Source of the DNA: a virus
Taxonomy: Duplodnaviria > Heunggongvirae > Uroviricota > Caudoviricetes
Reading direction: 5' to 3' (one strand)
Virus record (IMG/VR): IMGVR_UViG_2654587569_000010
Length of the DNA stretch: 43,250 nucleotides
This document shows, piece after piece, positions 20,887 through 29,755 of this stretch. The stretch's first letter is position 1. Every line of letters starts with the position of its first letter. The position numbers were made by a program, and so were the translations under genes. The notes below the pieces were generated by a model. It did not search any database, had not been told where the DNA came from, and saw only the letters and a list, made by a program, of their open reading frames with translations.

Positions 20887-21129
20887 TTATGCTCCGGTGG
20901 TGAACAGGTCTAACGCTTCCTTCGATTTACGCACCGCTTCAAATGTGCGGATCGTGATATCTGAATTAGCGCCGCCTGACTGGAAGTGAATTTTGAATAG
21001 CTCAAGCTTCAACTCGTCAGTACCAATGAACTGAAATGCTTCTTCTGCGGCTGCGTTCTGGTTCATGACCAGTTTGTAAATCTCTAACTGGAATTTCTGT
21101 TCTTCAGTCATGGGAATAATCTCTGCCAT
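20887..21129 (-). CDS. hypothetical protein (80 aa)
   Basis: ORF track; between Rha and terminase. Confidence 0.4.
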   Translation of the reverse strand: MAEIIPMTEEQKFQLEIYKLVMNQNAAAEEAFQFIGTDELKLELFKIHFQSGGANSDITIRTFEAVRKSKEALDLFTTGA

Positions 21130-21233
21130 TGTTGGCTCCGTTTATCCGTTAAAAGGGATATCAGTTAAGTTATCCCGTGTAGGGTATAAGCCATTATCAA
21201 GCCCACCCGTAGATAGGCTTTGTAATGACATCT

Positions 21234-21758
21234 TCAATTAATCAGCAGTTCAGGCTGTGTCACCTGCAAAATGTATTCATGCTCGACAGCCAGGACACGC
21301 TTCTCTTTCTTCCGTTCGTTCATTAACCGACTGCCGATCGTACCTTTCAGCTTTGAGCGTGTTTCTTTGATGGCGTAGCGGTGCTGCATTTCTTCGCCAA
21401 TTGCCATGCGGCGGCTCAGTTGCTCTGCCATCCAGTTGAATGCTGCGATATAGCTCTCCTTGATTGCCGCAGCAGCTTTCCCGGTGAACCCCATCACAAC
21501 CATGATCCAGCCATCTTTCGTCAGGCTGTACATCGGGCGAACCTTGCCCTGCTCATCGATATAATCAGCCGACGCAAAATTGCGTTGGCTAAACTCACGC
21601 GAGCAATCAGCCTTAACCTGCTCGATTTTCCTGAGAACATCACCGTGTCGCTTGCCGAAGTACTTGGCAATTTTTCTGGATGTGGTAACGACCTCTCCGT
21701 TTTTGGCTTGCACCATTTCTCGGAAGTCGAAGGCTGGAATAACTGAATGATTATTCAT
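21234..21758 (-). CDS. rha: Rha-family phage regulatory protein
   Basis: Track ORF trimmed to ATG at 21758; N-terminal ...VTTSRKIAKYFGKRHGDVLRKI matches Rha family signature. Confidence 0.6.
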   Translation of the reverse strand: MNNHSVIPAFDFREMVQAKNGEVVTTSRKIAKYFGKRHGDVLRKIEQVKADCSREFSQRNFASADYIDEQGKVRPMYSLTKDGWIMVVMGFTGKAAAAIKESYIAAFNWMAEQLSRRMAIGEEMQHRYAIKETRSKLKGTIGSRLMNERKKEKRVLAVEHEYILQVTQPELLIN

Positions 21759-21900
21759 AGCGTCTTTACCTTTTAGAAAGTGAGCCTGTCTCACAGAAAA
21801 GCCGCCCGAGAGAGGTCGCCACCTATAACGGCATTTCTCAGGCTCGCTTACTGAAAGGCTCTCGTTAATATGCGCGTGAGATGCGCGTTTACTGCGGACA

Positions 21901-21924
21901 TAAAAAAGCCCCGCATCGCGAGGC
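21901..21924 (-). terminator. rho-independent terminator downstream of lysis cassette
   Basis: Minus strand GCCTCGC-GAT-GCGGGGC hairpin followed by TTTTTTA. Confidence 0.5.
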
Positions 21925-21956
21925 TCATTAAATTGACTTTGTGATTTGCAAAAAAA

Positions 21957-22394
21957 TTATTTCAGGCATTGCGTCCTGATGTACTCCTGCAGGTAGTTAA
22001 CCTGCGCGGTTATCTTGTCGATTCCACTTCGGAGACGGTAATAATTGAGTTCAGCATCTGCTGTAAGTCCTGGGGTTTCTCCATTGCCCATGCCGCTGGC
22101 TCCGGTCGTTGACTTTGCACAGGTGGCGGCGACTTGCAGGCGCTTACGACCAGAAGAAACATCAGCACGGAGACTTTCGATAGTCGCGTTAGCATCAGCA
22201 AGCTCCTTTGTGTATCTGGCGTCGAGTTCTGCTACGTCACGTTGACGCTTCTGCATGTCAGCGATGATGGATGTGGCTTTGTCGCGCTGGGCTTTGTAGG
22301 CGATGGCGTTATCACGGTAATGATTAACAGCCCATGACAGGCAGACGATGATGCAGATAACCAGAGCGGAAATAATCGCGGTTACTCTGCTCAT
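21957..22394 (-). CDS. Rz: i-spanin Rz
   Basis: 145 aa; [31 protein letters not shown]... matches lambda Rz N-terminus. Confidence 0.85.
   Translation of the reverse strand: MSRVTAIISALVICIIVCLSWAVNHYRDNAIAYKAQRDKATSIIADMQKRQRDVAELDARYTKELADANATIESLRADVSSGRKRLQVAATCAKSTTGASGMGNGETPGLTADAELNYYRLRSGIDKITAQVNYLQEYIRTQCLK
22010..22201 (-). CDS. Rz1: o-spanin Rz1 embedded in Rz (+1 frame)
   Basis: Lipobox LVVSAC then Pro-rich [13 protein letters not shown]; nested in Rz as in lambda. Confidence 0.7.
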   Translation of the reverse strand: MLMLTRLSKVSVLMFLLVVSACKSPPPVQSQRPEPAAWAMEKPQDLQQMLNSIITVSEVESTR

Positions 22395-22867
22395 ACCTCA
22401 ATCTCTCTGACCGTTCCGCCTGCTTCTTTGAATTTTGCAATCAGACTGTCAGCCTTATGCTCGAACTGACCATAACCAGCGCCCGGAAGTGAAGCCCATA
22501 TATTGCTGCAACGGTCGATAGCCTGACGAATATCACCACGATCAATCATCGGTAAAGCGCCACGTTCTTTAATCTGCTGCAATGCCACAGCGTCCTGGCT
22601 TTTCGGAGAGAAGTCTTTCAGGCCAAGCTGCTTACGATAGGCATCCCACCAACGGGAAAGAAGCTGGTAACGTCCGGCGGCTGTTGATTTGAGTTTTGGG
22701 TTTAGCGTGACAAGTTTGCGAGGGTGATCGGAGTAATCAGTGAATAGCTCTCCGCCAACAATGACGTCATAACCATGATTTCTGGTTTTCTGACGTCCGT
22801 TATCAGTTCCCTCTGACCACGCCAGCATATCGAGGAACGCCTTACGTTGATTATTGATTTCCACCAT
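22391..22867 (-). CDS. R: endolysin (lambda R-type lytic transglycosylase)
   Basis: 158 aa; [49 protein letters not shown] matches lambda R. Confidence 0.9.
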   Translation of the reverse strand: MVEINNQRKAFLDMLAWSEGTDNGRQKTRNHGYDVIVGGELFTDYSDHPRKLVTLNPKLKSTAAGRYQLLSRWWDAYRKQLGLKDFSPKSQDAVALQQIKERGALPMIDRGDIRQAIDRCSNIWASLPGAGYGQFEHKADSLIAKFKEAGGTVREIEV

Positions 22868-23174
22868 CTTCTACTCCGGCTTTTTTAGCAGCGAAGCGTT
22901 TGATAAGCGAACCAATCGAGTCAGTACCGATGTAGCCGATAAACACGCTCGTTATATAAGCAAGATTGCTACTTAGTCCGGCGAAGTCGAGAAGGTCACG
23001 AATGAACCAGGCGATAATGGCGCACATCGTTGCGTCGATTACTGTTTTTGTAAACGCACCGCCATTATACCTGCCGCGAAGGTACGCCATTGCAAACGCA
23101 AGGATTGCCCCGATGCCTTGTTCCTTTGCCGCGAGAATGGCGGCTAACAGGTCATGTTTTTCTGGCATATTCAT
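22851..23174 (-). CDS. S: class I holin (lambda S-like)
   Basis: 107 aa; near-identical to lambda S except Met-Asn-Met in place of Met-Lys-Met at the dual start. Confidence 0.9.
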   Translation of the reverse strand: MNMPEKHDLLAAILAAKEQGIGAILAFAMAYLRGRYNGGAFTKTVIDATMCAIIAWFIRDLLDFAGLSSNLAYITSVFIGYIGTDSIGSLIKRFAAKKAGVEDGGNQ

Positions 23175-23416
23175 GTCTTACCCCCAATAAGGGGATTTGC
23201 TCTATTTAATTAGGAATAAGGTCGATTACTGATAGAACAAATCCAGGCTACTGTGTTTAGTAATCAGATTTGTTCGTGACCGATATGCACGGGCAAAACG
23301 GCAGGAGGTTGTTAGCGCAGCCTCCTGCCACCCGCTTTCACGAAGATCATGTGTAGAAGGCCGCAGCGTAACTATCACTGATGAGTTCAGGATAGCCAGT
23401 GGCTACGGCTCAGTTA

Positions 23417-23492
23417 TGGTGCTGGTTAACGGACTTGAACCGCTACCCATTCGCTTACAAGGCGACTGCTCTACCATTGGAGCTAAACCAGC
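23417..23492 (-). tRNA. tRNA-Thr (anticodon UGU), CCA encoded
   Basis: 76-nt cloverleaf by hand: acceptor GCTGGTT/AACCAGC, D-arm GCTC-CAATGGTA-GAGC, anticodon loop CTTGTAA, T-arm AGCGG-TTCAAGT-CCGTT; one mismatch in anticodon stem. Confidence 0.6.
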
Positions 23493-23497
23493 ATATT

Positions 23498-23572
23498 TGG
23501 CGGGACAGCGTGGACTCGAACCACGATAAGAAGGTTAACAGCCTTCCGTAATGACCTTTATACGACTGACCC
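23498..23572 (-). tRNA. tRNA-Asn-like (anticodon GUU), CCA encoded, atypical D-arm
   Basis: Anticodon stem GAAGG/CCTTC with loop CTGTTAA, T-arm CGTGG-TTCGAGT-CCACG, acceptor with one T-T mismatch; 5 nt upstream of tRNA-Thr. Confidence 0.5.
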
Positions 23573-23635
23573 AAATAAAAAATCCCGAAACCGTTATGCA
23601 GGCTCTAACTATTACCTGCGAACTGTTTCGGGATT
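23573..23635 (-). terminator. tR'-like terminator of the late leader RNA
   Basis: Minus strand AATCCCGAAAC...GTTTCGGGATT stem followed by TTTTTTATTT, recalled as the lambda tR' sequence. Confidence 0.7.
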
Positions 23636-23765
23636 GCATTTTACAGACCTCTCAGCCTGCGATGGTTGGAGTTCCAGACGATACGTCGAAGTGACCAACT
23701 AGGCGGAATCGGTAGTAAGCGCCGCCTCTTTTCATCTCACTACCACAACGAGCGAATTAACCCAT

Positions 23766-24256
23766 CTATCCCATACTGGAGAATTCACCATGATATTTTA
23801 TCCTGGCATTTTCCATTGCCTTTCTCGCCTCCTCGATATCGTCAAAACACCCTACATGAATCCTTTTACCATTGACCCTAATTCTTCCAACCCACTTGTT
23901 TGCAGCAGAATTAAAAGTCACCCCCTTCACACCAGATGAATTGTTTTTCCTCATCTTGCTGTTCCATGAGTTTTGAGTGTTAGTAACAACACGAAGATTG
24001 GCTATCCGGTTATCAGACCTATCACCATTAATATAGTCAATCACATCGGTTGGCCAATCATTGTAAACCATCAGCCATGCAATTCTATGGACATATAGCC
24101 GCATTCCATAAAGTTTTACCTGCAGATATCCATTTGTTTATAGCCAGCAACAGCGCCATAGATAAATCTAGAAGACCGAGGTGGATTCTTCCATGTAAGA
24201 ATTCCAGTATCTGGATTGTAATTAAAAAGTCTCAATGCATCTTCACGTTTTAACAT
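23766..24256 (-). pseudogene. HNH (HNH_3/AP2-type) homing endonuclease gene, split by a frame break and with degenerate HNH motif
   Basis: 46-aa ORF 24116..24256 (MLKREDALRLFNYNPDTGILTW...AVAGYKQMDICR) is the family N-terminus; track ORF 23766..24104 continues in the -1 frame (LYVHRIAWL...DYINGDRSDNRIANLR); expected DH of the HNH motif reads DY. Confidence 0.6.
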
Positions 24257-24456
24257 AGGCGAACCACATAGATATTAGAGCCTGCTGACATAGAAATATC
24301 ACCACGAGAGAAGTCGCCAAAAGCGATATTTCTCAGGCTCTATTCCTATGTGCTCTCGAGTTTATGATGCGCATGTCAGTGCGCTTAGAACTTAAAGATG
24401 AGGTGGGTAAAAACTGAAAGAATGTGAACGGATATAAATCTGCCATTCTTGAGTCA

Positions 24457-24485
24457 AATTTACCCAATTTTATTCAATAAGTCAA
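24457..24485 (-). promoter_or_regulatory. pR'-like late promoter (Q target)
   Basis: Minus strand -35 TTGACT (24480..24485), 17-nt spacer, -10 TAAATT (24457..24462); surrounding sequence matches lambda pR' as recalled. Confidence 0.7.
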
Positions 24486-24527
24486 TATCATGCCGTTAAT
24501 ATGTTGCCATCCGTGGCAATCATGCTG

Positions 24528-25151
24528 CTAACGTGTGACCGCATTCAAAATGTTGTCTGCGATTGACTCTTCTTTGTGGCATTGCACCACCAGAGCGTCA
24601 TACAGAGGCTTAACAGTGCGTGACCAGGTGGGTTGAGTAAGGTTTGGGATTAGCATCGTTACAGCGCGATATGCGGCGCTTGCTGGCATTCTTGAATAGC
24701 CGACACCTTTGCATCTTCCGCACTCTTTCTCAACAACTCTCCCCCACTGCTCTGTTTTGGCAATATCAACCGCCCGACCTGTACCGTGGCAATCTCTGCA
24801 TCTTGCGCCCGGCGTCGCGGCACTACGGCAATAATCCGCATAAGCGAATGTTGCGAGCACTTGCAGTACCTTTGCCTTAGTATTTCCTTCAAGCTTTGCC
24901 ACACCACGGTATTTCCCCGATACCTTGTGTGCAAATTGCATCAGATAGTTGATAGCCTTTTGTTTGTCGTTCTGGCTGAGTTCATGCTTACCGCAGAATG
25001 CAGCCATTCCGAATCCGGCTTGTGATTGCGCCATCCCCATAGCAGCCATCACATCAGTACCGGAAAGAGAGTCAGAAGCCGTAGCCCGTGGTGAGTCGCT
25101 CATCATCGGGCTTTTTGGCGAATGAAATTTAGCTACGCTTTCGAGTCTCAT
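24528..25151 (-). CDS. Q: late gene antiterminator Q (lambda type)
   Basis: 207 aa; MRLESVAKFHSPKSPMMSDSPRATASDSLSG... essentially lambda Q. Confidence 0.95.
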   Translation of the reverse strand: MRLESVAKFHSPKSPMMSDSPRATASDSLSGTDVMAAMGMAQSQAGFGMAAFCGKHELSQNDKQKAINYLMQFAHKVSGKYRGVAKLEGNTKAKVLQVLATFAYADYCRSAATPGARCRDCHGTGRAVDIAKTEQWGRVVEKECGRCKGVGYSRMPASAAYRAVTMLIPNLTQPTWSRTVKPLYDALVVQCHKEESIADNILNAVTR

Positions 25152-25336
25152 CGTCTTCCCCTCTTGCCCTGTTTGACCATCAGGACGCCGTTAACTATTA
25201 CGTGACGCTCGCCTTTGCTGTCTCGGTTGTACTTGAGCACTGTTCCTCTTGCACAGGAAAGCATCCTCGCCACTTCGGTCTGATTGCCTCGTGTCTGGAT
25301 AAGAAGCTCTGGTATCGTTTGAATTGTGGCGTTCAT
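25148..25336 (-). CDS. ninH: NinH-like protein
   Basis: 62 aa; GNQTEVARML.C.RGTV.KY...VNGVLMV resembles lambda NinH. Confidence 0.6.
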   Translation of the reverse strand: MNATIQTIPELLIQTRGNQTEVARMLSCARGTVLKYNRDSKGERHVIVNGVLMVKQGKRGRR

Positions 25337-25695
25337 GCGTTCTCCAGTTCGGTGATTTTTATTCCAAGCCTTCCGCCTGGTACTTTCACACCACGAATTA
25401 CGCGAATGTCATCGAGTTGCTCGTCGTCTTCCGCAAATCCGGCGTGGATAAGGGAGTCGAGTAAACCTTTCAGGATGTTATCGAGGTCGCGGCGGCGGGA
25501 GTCTGGAACGTCTGCGATGACTTTGATGCGGAGTCGTGATTTGGTGAAAATGTCTAACTTAAGTTGGCGGATGATTTGCTGAACGTCTTTTCGGTATTTC
25601 TGGCCTTTATCGCTGATGTAGTATTGGCTTCCCCGTCTTCGCCAGTAGGTATTCACCGACGGCGGGTATGGAAGCACAAACTGATATTCGTTCAT
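25333..25695 (-). CDS. rusA: RusA-type Holliday junction resolvase
   Basis: 120 aa; LPYPPSVNTYWRRRG...DVPDSRRRDLDNILKGLLDSL matches RusA catalytic motifs. Confidence 0.85.
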   Translation of the reverse strand: MNEYQFVLPYPPSVNTYWRRRGSQYYISDKGQKYRKDVQQIIRQLKLDIFTKSRLRIKVIADVPDSRRRDLDNILKGLLDSLIHAGFAEDDEQLDDIRVIRGVKVPGGRLGIKITELENA

Positions 25696-25982
25696 GGCTT
25701 AATCTTCCCCTCCTTCAGCAATACCGCCTGCGTCCTGATCACGCCTTCGAGGTGGTAAAGTCTGGCGTCTTTGTTGTCGAGAATCCTTGTGCGTCGGTCG
25801 ATCTCCGCGTGGCAGTCACTACAAGCCCATGCACCGATCAGGTCGTCAGGTTTCATTCCAGTTCCGCAAATTCCAGCCATCCGGTAATGTGCCAGAACTG
25901 TAGTTTCAGGATTGCCATTGCATACGCCGTAAATACGTACCTGGCATTCTCTGCCGCGCGCTTCTTTGCGTAGGTTAGCCAT
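25692..25982 (-). CDS. nin-region protein, DUF1364-like Cys-rich
   Basis: 96 aa; LRKEARGRECQVRIYGVCNGNPETTVLAH pattern recalled from lambdoid nin-region proteins. Confidence 0.5.
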   Translation of the reverse strand: MANLRKEARGRECQVRIYGVCNGNPETTVLAHYRMAGICGTGMKPDDLIGAWACSDCHAEIDRRTRILDNKDARLYHLEGVIRTQAVLLKEGKIKP

Positions 25983-26187
25983 TTACCTTCCCTCGCAATT
26001 GAAGAATTGACTGAAGGTCTTTTTTAATAAATATGCGAGTGCGAATTGAGCAGTAGTTTTCCTTCATTCTGGCGTAGTAATAGTCTTTTCTTTGCTTAAG
26101 CTTGTTGGCATCCGCTGTCATCCAGTCTTTTACAGCAAACTTAATTAACCAGCGGTGGCAGAGATACCATTTCAGGTAATCACTCAT
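25975..26187 (-). CDS. hypothetical protein (70 aa)
   Basis: ORF track; nin-region position. Confidence 0.35.
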   Translation of the reverse strand: MSDYLKWYLCHRWLIKFAVKDWMTADANKLKQRKDYYYARMKENYCSIRTRIFIKKDLQSILQLRGKVNG

Positions 26188-26350
26188 CGTCTTCTTCCTC
26201 GTACATTGAGCTATTCGGATCGCTCATCAGTTCTGCGCAGCAGTGCTCACACACGTGAACTTCCAGCACATGCAGCTTCTGACCGCAGTTAGCGCACGTT
26301 AAAGCTCGCTCGACGCTTTCTTGTTCGTAACTTCGATTTGGGTCAATCAC
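26180..26350 (-). CDS. small zinc-ribbon protein (56 aa), NinF-position; not in ORF track
   Basis: Hand translation [41 protein letters not shown]...; GTG start with AGGAAA SD, GTGA overlap with upstream stop and ATGA-type overlap with downstream start. Confidence 0.35.
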   Translation of the reverse strand: MIDPNRSYEQESVERALTCANCGQKLHVLEVHVCEHCCAELMSDPNSSMYEEEDDE

Positions 26351-26529
26351 CTTGTTTTCCTCGCACGTTCTCTAAGCCACCGGATATCCCACAGGTGAGC
26401 CGTGTAATTGAAGGTTTTTACGTCAGATTCTTTTGGGATTGGCTTGCGTTTATTTCTGGAGCGTTTCGTTGGAAGGTATTTGCAGTTTTCGCAGATGATG
26501 TCGGTGATACTTCGTCGCTGTCGTCTCAT
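26347..26529 (-). CDS. ninE: NinE-like protein (60 aa)
   Basis: [23 protein letters not shown]...[13 protein letters not shown] recalled as lambda NinE; track ORF 26347..26619 has a spurious N-terminal extension. Confidence 0.6.
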   Translation of the reverse strand: MRRQRRSITDIICENCKYLPTKRSRNKRKPIPKESDVKTFNYTAHLWDIRWLRERARKTR

Positions 26530-27053
26530 GCCGCCTTCCTGACGCCCTGCCCGATCGCCATCAATGCCGCTTTGGATACGGTAGTAAACATCCGTCGAGG
26601 ACTGATGAACGGTCGCCAAATCAGCAGCATGGAACCTTTGCTGTTCCCCTTCTTCTCCAGCCCTGTCGATGGCTCGATAAAATTAATCCGTCCATCAGTG
26701 ATAATACGAACTTCGTCGACACTCTCCAGAGCCTTGCTGAACCATCCGACTGACATATCCTCTGGCACAAGCATAACTACCGTCTGTCGCTGTTGTATGC
26801 ACTGCTCAGCGGCTTTTTCCACCCACGGCCTGATATTGCTGTACGGTGGGTTATTCCAGATTGCACCGTGGCTTACCCACTCAGAATTGAGCGCGTCGTC
26901 GGCCTCAGTTAGCCAGTGAGCGCACAGAGCATTTTTGTCGCTCGCTGCCGAATCCAGCCAGAATCCAAACTCAATATCCAGTGCATCAAAAAGCCAAAGC
27001 GGCGTTTGCCAGCAGTCCTTGTCGTGTGCTGGCGTATTTGATTTGATAGTCAT
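26526..27053 (-). CDS. phage DNA N6-adenine methyltransferase (Dam-type)
   Basis: [16 protein letters not shown]...FWLDSAAS...NPPYS motifs; ATGA overlaps with ninB stop and ninE start. Confidence 0.8.
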   Translation of the reverse strand: MTIKSNTPAHDKDCWQTPLWLFDALDIEFGFWLDSAASDKNALCAHWLTEADDALNSEWVSHGAIWNNPPYSNIRPWVEKAAEQCIQQRQTVVMLVPEDMSVGWFSKALESVDEVRIITDGRINFIEPSTGLEKKGNSKGSMLLIWRPFISPRRMFTTVSKAALMAIGQGVRKAA

Positions 27054-27490
27054 GCAGCCCGATCTCCCCATCTCGCTTTCCACTCCAGAGCCAGTCTCGA
27101 TTCGTCTGACCACTTAACGCCACGCTCTGTACCGAATGCCTGTATAAGCTCTAATAGCTCCGCAAATTCGCCTACACGCATCCTGCTGGTTGACTGGCCT
27201 ATTACCACAAAGCCATTCCCGGCAAGGTTAGGAACAACATCCTGCTGCTTTAATGCTGCGGTAAACACACACTTCCAGCTTTCTGCATCCAGCCAGCGAC
27301 CATGCCATTCAACCTGACGAGAGACGTCACCTAAGCAGGCCCATAACTTCCTGTTTTGGTCTAAGCTGCGGTTGCGTTCCTGAATGGTTACTACGATTGG
27401 TTTGGTTGGGTCTGGAAGGATTTGCTGTACTGCGTGAATAGCGTTTTGCTGATGTGCTGGAGATCGAATTTCAAAGGTTAGTTTTTTCAT
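27050..27490 (-). CDS. ninB: NinB (Orf) recombination mediator
   Basis: 146 aa, MKKLTFEIRSPAHQQNAIHAVQQILPDPTKPIVVTIQE... essentially lambda NinB. Confidence 0.9.
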   Translation of the reverse strand: MKKLTFEIRSPAHQQNAIHAVQQILPDPTKPIVVTIQERNRSLDQNRKLWACLGDVSRQVEWHGRWLDAESWKCVFTAALKQQDVVPNLAGNGFVVIGQSTSRMRVGEFAELLELIQAFGTERGVKWSDESRLALEWKARWGDRAA

Positions 27491-27683
27491 GACTTCCCTC
27501 TCTAACAGATTTCAGGTTATTCCACTCCGTTACCGCACTGCTATAATTCGCGGCCGCCACAGCGGCGTGGTTAGCGCAGTAGATTTGGCACCCGTTCTCC
27601 ATGTCGAATATTGTCGGTGATTTTCCGCATTTACATTTTTTGGCACGCGGTGCGTCTGAACACATTCCGTTAACGGTGTCCAT
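27471..27683 (-). CDS. small Cys-rich hypothetical protein (70 aa)
   Basis: ORF track; CKCGK...CQIYCANH suggests a zinc ribbon; overlaps ninB start. Confidence 0.35.
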   Translation of the reverse strand: MDTVNGMCSDAPRAKKCKCGKSPTIFDMENGCQIYCANHAAVAAANYSSAVTEWNNLKSVREGSHEKTNL

Positions 27684-27768
27684 CAGGATCCCCCTCGTTC
27701 TTAATCCAATAAAAAAGGGCTACTGTATAAATAGCCCCTGTTATTAGCTCAGTGATGTAGATGGTCAT

Positions 27769-29649
27769 TTAATACTCCGTCACGTTTTCCTGTCGCCACG
27801 CCTCGTTATATTCCGATTTCGGCATATTGGCGATGTAGCTATATGGCGATCCTGATTCAAGTTGCAGGAACTGGTGCGATTGCTCGTCAAGGAACAACGG
27901 GACACCACCTTCCCAACCTTCGCCGTTACGTTGTTTTTCAAGCATCAAAACAGATGCAGGAGACGCCAGTAGCTGTTCGTCCTTCTCTGACATCTTTTCA
28001 CCACTCTGAACTCTTTGTAACGCTCTCTCGCGAGCCTTGTTACGCCAGATGATGAAAAGGTTGTCTGTCAGGTCTGTTATCGCTCCAGAGCCTTTTACGT
28101 CCATTTTCCCGGTTGGTTTTTCTTCGCTGTCTCCTTTTCTGGAGTGAGTAACGAGAATGACGTGGGAGTTTGTTTTGTTTTTGAAGTCACAAATCGAGTC
28201 AACAAATGCTTTCTGCCCGTTATAGTCATCGTCACCTATGCCGCATTTCATCAGGCTGTCGATGATGAATAACTGGATCCCGTATCGGCGGCGAGCGTAG
28301 TCGAATATTTCGATCAGCCTGTCGGCTTTCGCCGTTCCGGTCAGACCAAACACCCAAAGTCTTTCGTCATAAAATTTAAATGCAGAGTCAATTTCCAGCA
28401 CTGGCGGCATCTTGCAGCACGTCGCCTGACGGGTAAGGCGCTTAAGGAGAATACCAGGCTTCAGCTCAAGTGACGCGATGCACGTCTTCACACCCTGACG
28501 CATTGCCTCAAGTGCCATATGCCCGACAACCTCCGTTTTTCCGTGACCGTTCACACCATTGACCAGCGTCAACTCGGCCTCACGGAACTGGAATTTATCT
28601 GCCAGAGATTCCCACGGTGGATTAAACAGATACTGCTGCTTGCCGTAGAAAGCGTTGATAGTGTCCTGGTAAAACTCTCGCGCGCTGTAGAGTTCTTCAG
28701 GATCGAAGTAGGATGCCGTGCCGATGTACTGCCAGATTTCATCCTCGGTAACACCGTTCATCAGGCATTCGTTGATGTCTTTGTACGGCAGAGTAACAAG
28801 ACGGCAACGATGTTCACCGAGTCGGCTTGCGATTTCCCTTGCGGCTTCACGACCAACATCATCAACGTCCATCGAGATGAATATTTCCTCAAACCTGTCG
28901 AGATTGTGATACTCAAACTCAATCCACTGCTGCTTAGCGCCTTTCCCGCCACCAAACGGCACGGATAACGCCGAGATGCCGTATTGCGCATAGCTCATAC
29001 AATCAATTTCGCCTTCGCAAAGTACAACCGCCCTCACGCCAGCGTCCAGAGCGTGCCATCCGAACAGACAAGGTTCGCAATCACCTTCTGCCATAATGAC
29101 TTTCTTCCCGTCCGGGCGCTCAGTGCTGATTCGCTTGACCTGCAACAACTCACCATCGCGTTTGTACGGAATCACCAGAGCATCCAGTTCCAGCTCTCCA
29201 TTCCACACCTTGCCGCTGACAACCTCGTAGCGCTTTACGATTTCTGGCGATATGCCACGCGATTGCAGGTACTCAAGATGGGATTCTGTTCTGGTAACGT
29301 AGCGGGCGATTTTCTTGCGATCAGGTCTGGAGAATTTTTTCTCACGTTTGGCATCGAAATGGTGATCGTCATCCTTGATACCGAGAAAGGCTTTCGCTTC
29401 CTGCATAGCCTGATGCAGGTTAATTCCACGACATGCCATCCACAAATCAAGCATGTCACCGCCGTCTCCCTCAGCGAAATCAGCCCATTTTTTCTTGCCG
29501 CTAAGGTTGACCTTAAGGCTGTTTCCCTTGTCACCGTTGACGTTACCGGCAACCCACTCATGCCCCTCTTTCTTGCCGTTTGGCAACAGGTGCGGAGCCA
29601 CCCTGTCAACCTGCGCCCAAAGCAGGTCGCTAAGTTCACTTGGTGTCAT
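27769..29649 (-). CDS. replicative primase-helicase (primase-like N-terminal half, DnaB/RecA-like ATPase C-terminal half)
   Basis: 626 aa; Walker A-like GVNGHGKT and helicase-like C-terminus; replication-module position after the initiator. Confidence 0.75.
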   Translation of the reverse strand: MTPSELSDLLWAQVDRVAPHLLPNGKKEGHEWVAGNVNGDKGNSLKVNLSGKKKWADFAEGDGGDMLDLWMACRGINLHQAMQEAKAFLGIKDDDHHFDAKREKKFSRPDRKKIARYVTRTESHLEYLQSRGISPEIVKRYEVVSGKVWNGELELDALVIPYKRDGELLQVKRISTERPDGKKVIMAEGDCEPCLFGWHALDAGVRAVVLCEGEIDCMSYAQYGISALSVPFGGGKGAKQQWIEFEYHNLDRFEEIFISMDVDDVGREAAREIASRLGEHRCRLVTLPYKDINECLMNGVTEDEIWQYIGTASYFDPEELYSAREFYQDTINAFYGKQQYLFNPPWESLADKFQFREAELTLVNGVNGHGKTEVVGHMALEAMRQGVKTCIASLELKPGILLKRLTRQATCCKMPPVLEIDSAFKFYDERLWVFGLTGTAKADRLIEIFDYARRRYGIQLFIIDSLMKCGIGDDDYNGQKAFVDSICDFKNKTNSHVILVTHSRKGDSEEKPTGKMDVKGSGAITDLTDNLFIIWRNKARERALQRVQSGEKMSEKDEQLLASPASVLMLEKQRNGEGWEGGVPLFLDEQSHQFLQLESGSPYSYIANMPKSEYNEAWRQENVTEY

Positions 29650-29755
29650 GATTCCCTCAGATTGAGATTTTTAAACCAGAAATCGACAAACGAAATACTT
29701 AACCAGCCGTGGTTATAACCAGCGACCAGTAGCGATTTATTTTTGATTTCATGGT

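Noticed and set aside
24105-24256. Treating 23766..24104 as a complete HNH endonuclease gene
   Set aside because: The family N-terminus is encoded upstream in another frame, so the 112-aa ORF is a fragment of a disrupted gene.
26347-26619. 90-aa track ORF
   Set aside because: The N-terminal 30 aa overlap the methylase gene; the real product is the 60-aa NinE-like protein from the internal ATG.
28984-29718. 244-aa plus-strand ORF inside the primase-helicase gene
   Set aside because: Antisense to a gene with clear ATPase motifs; no independent support.
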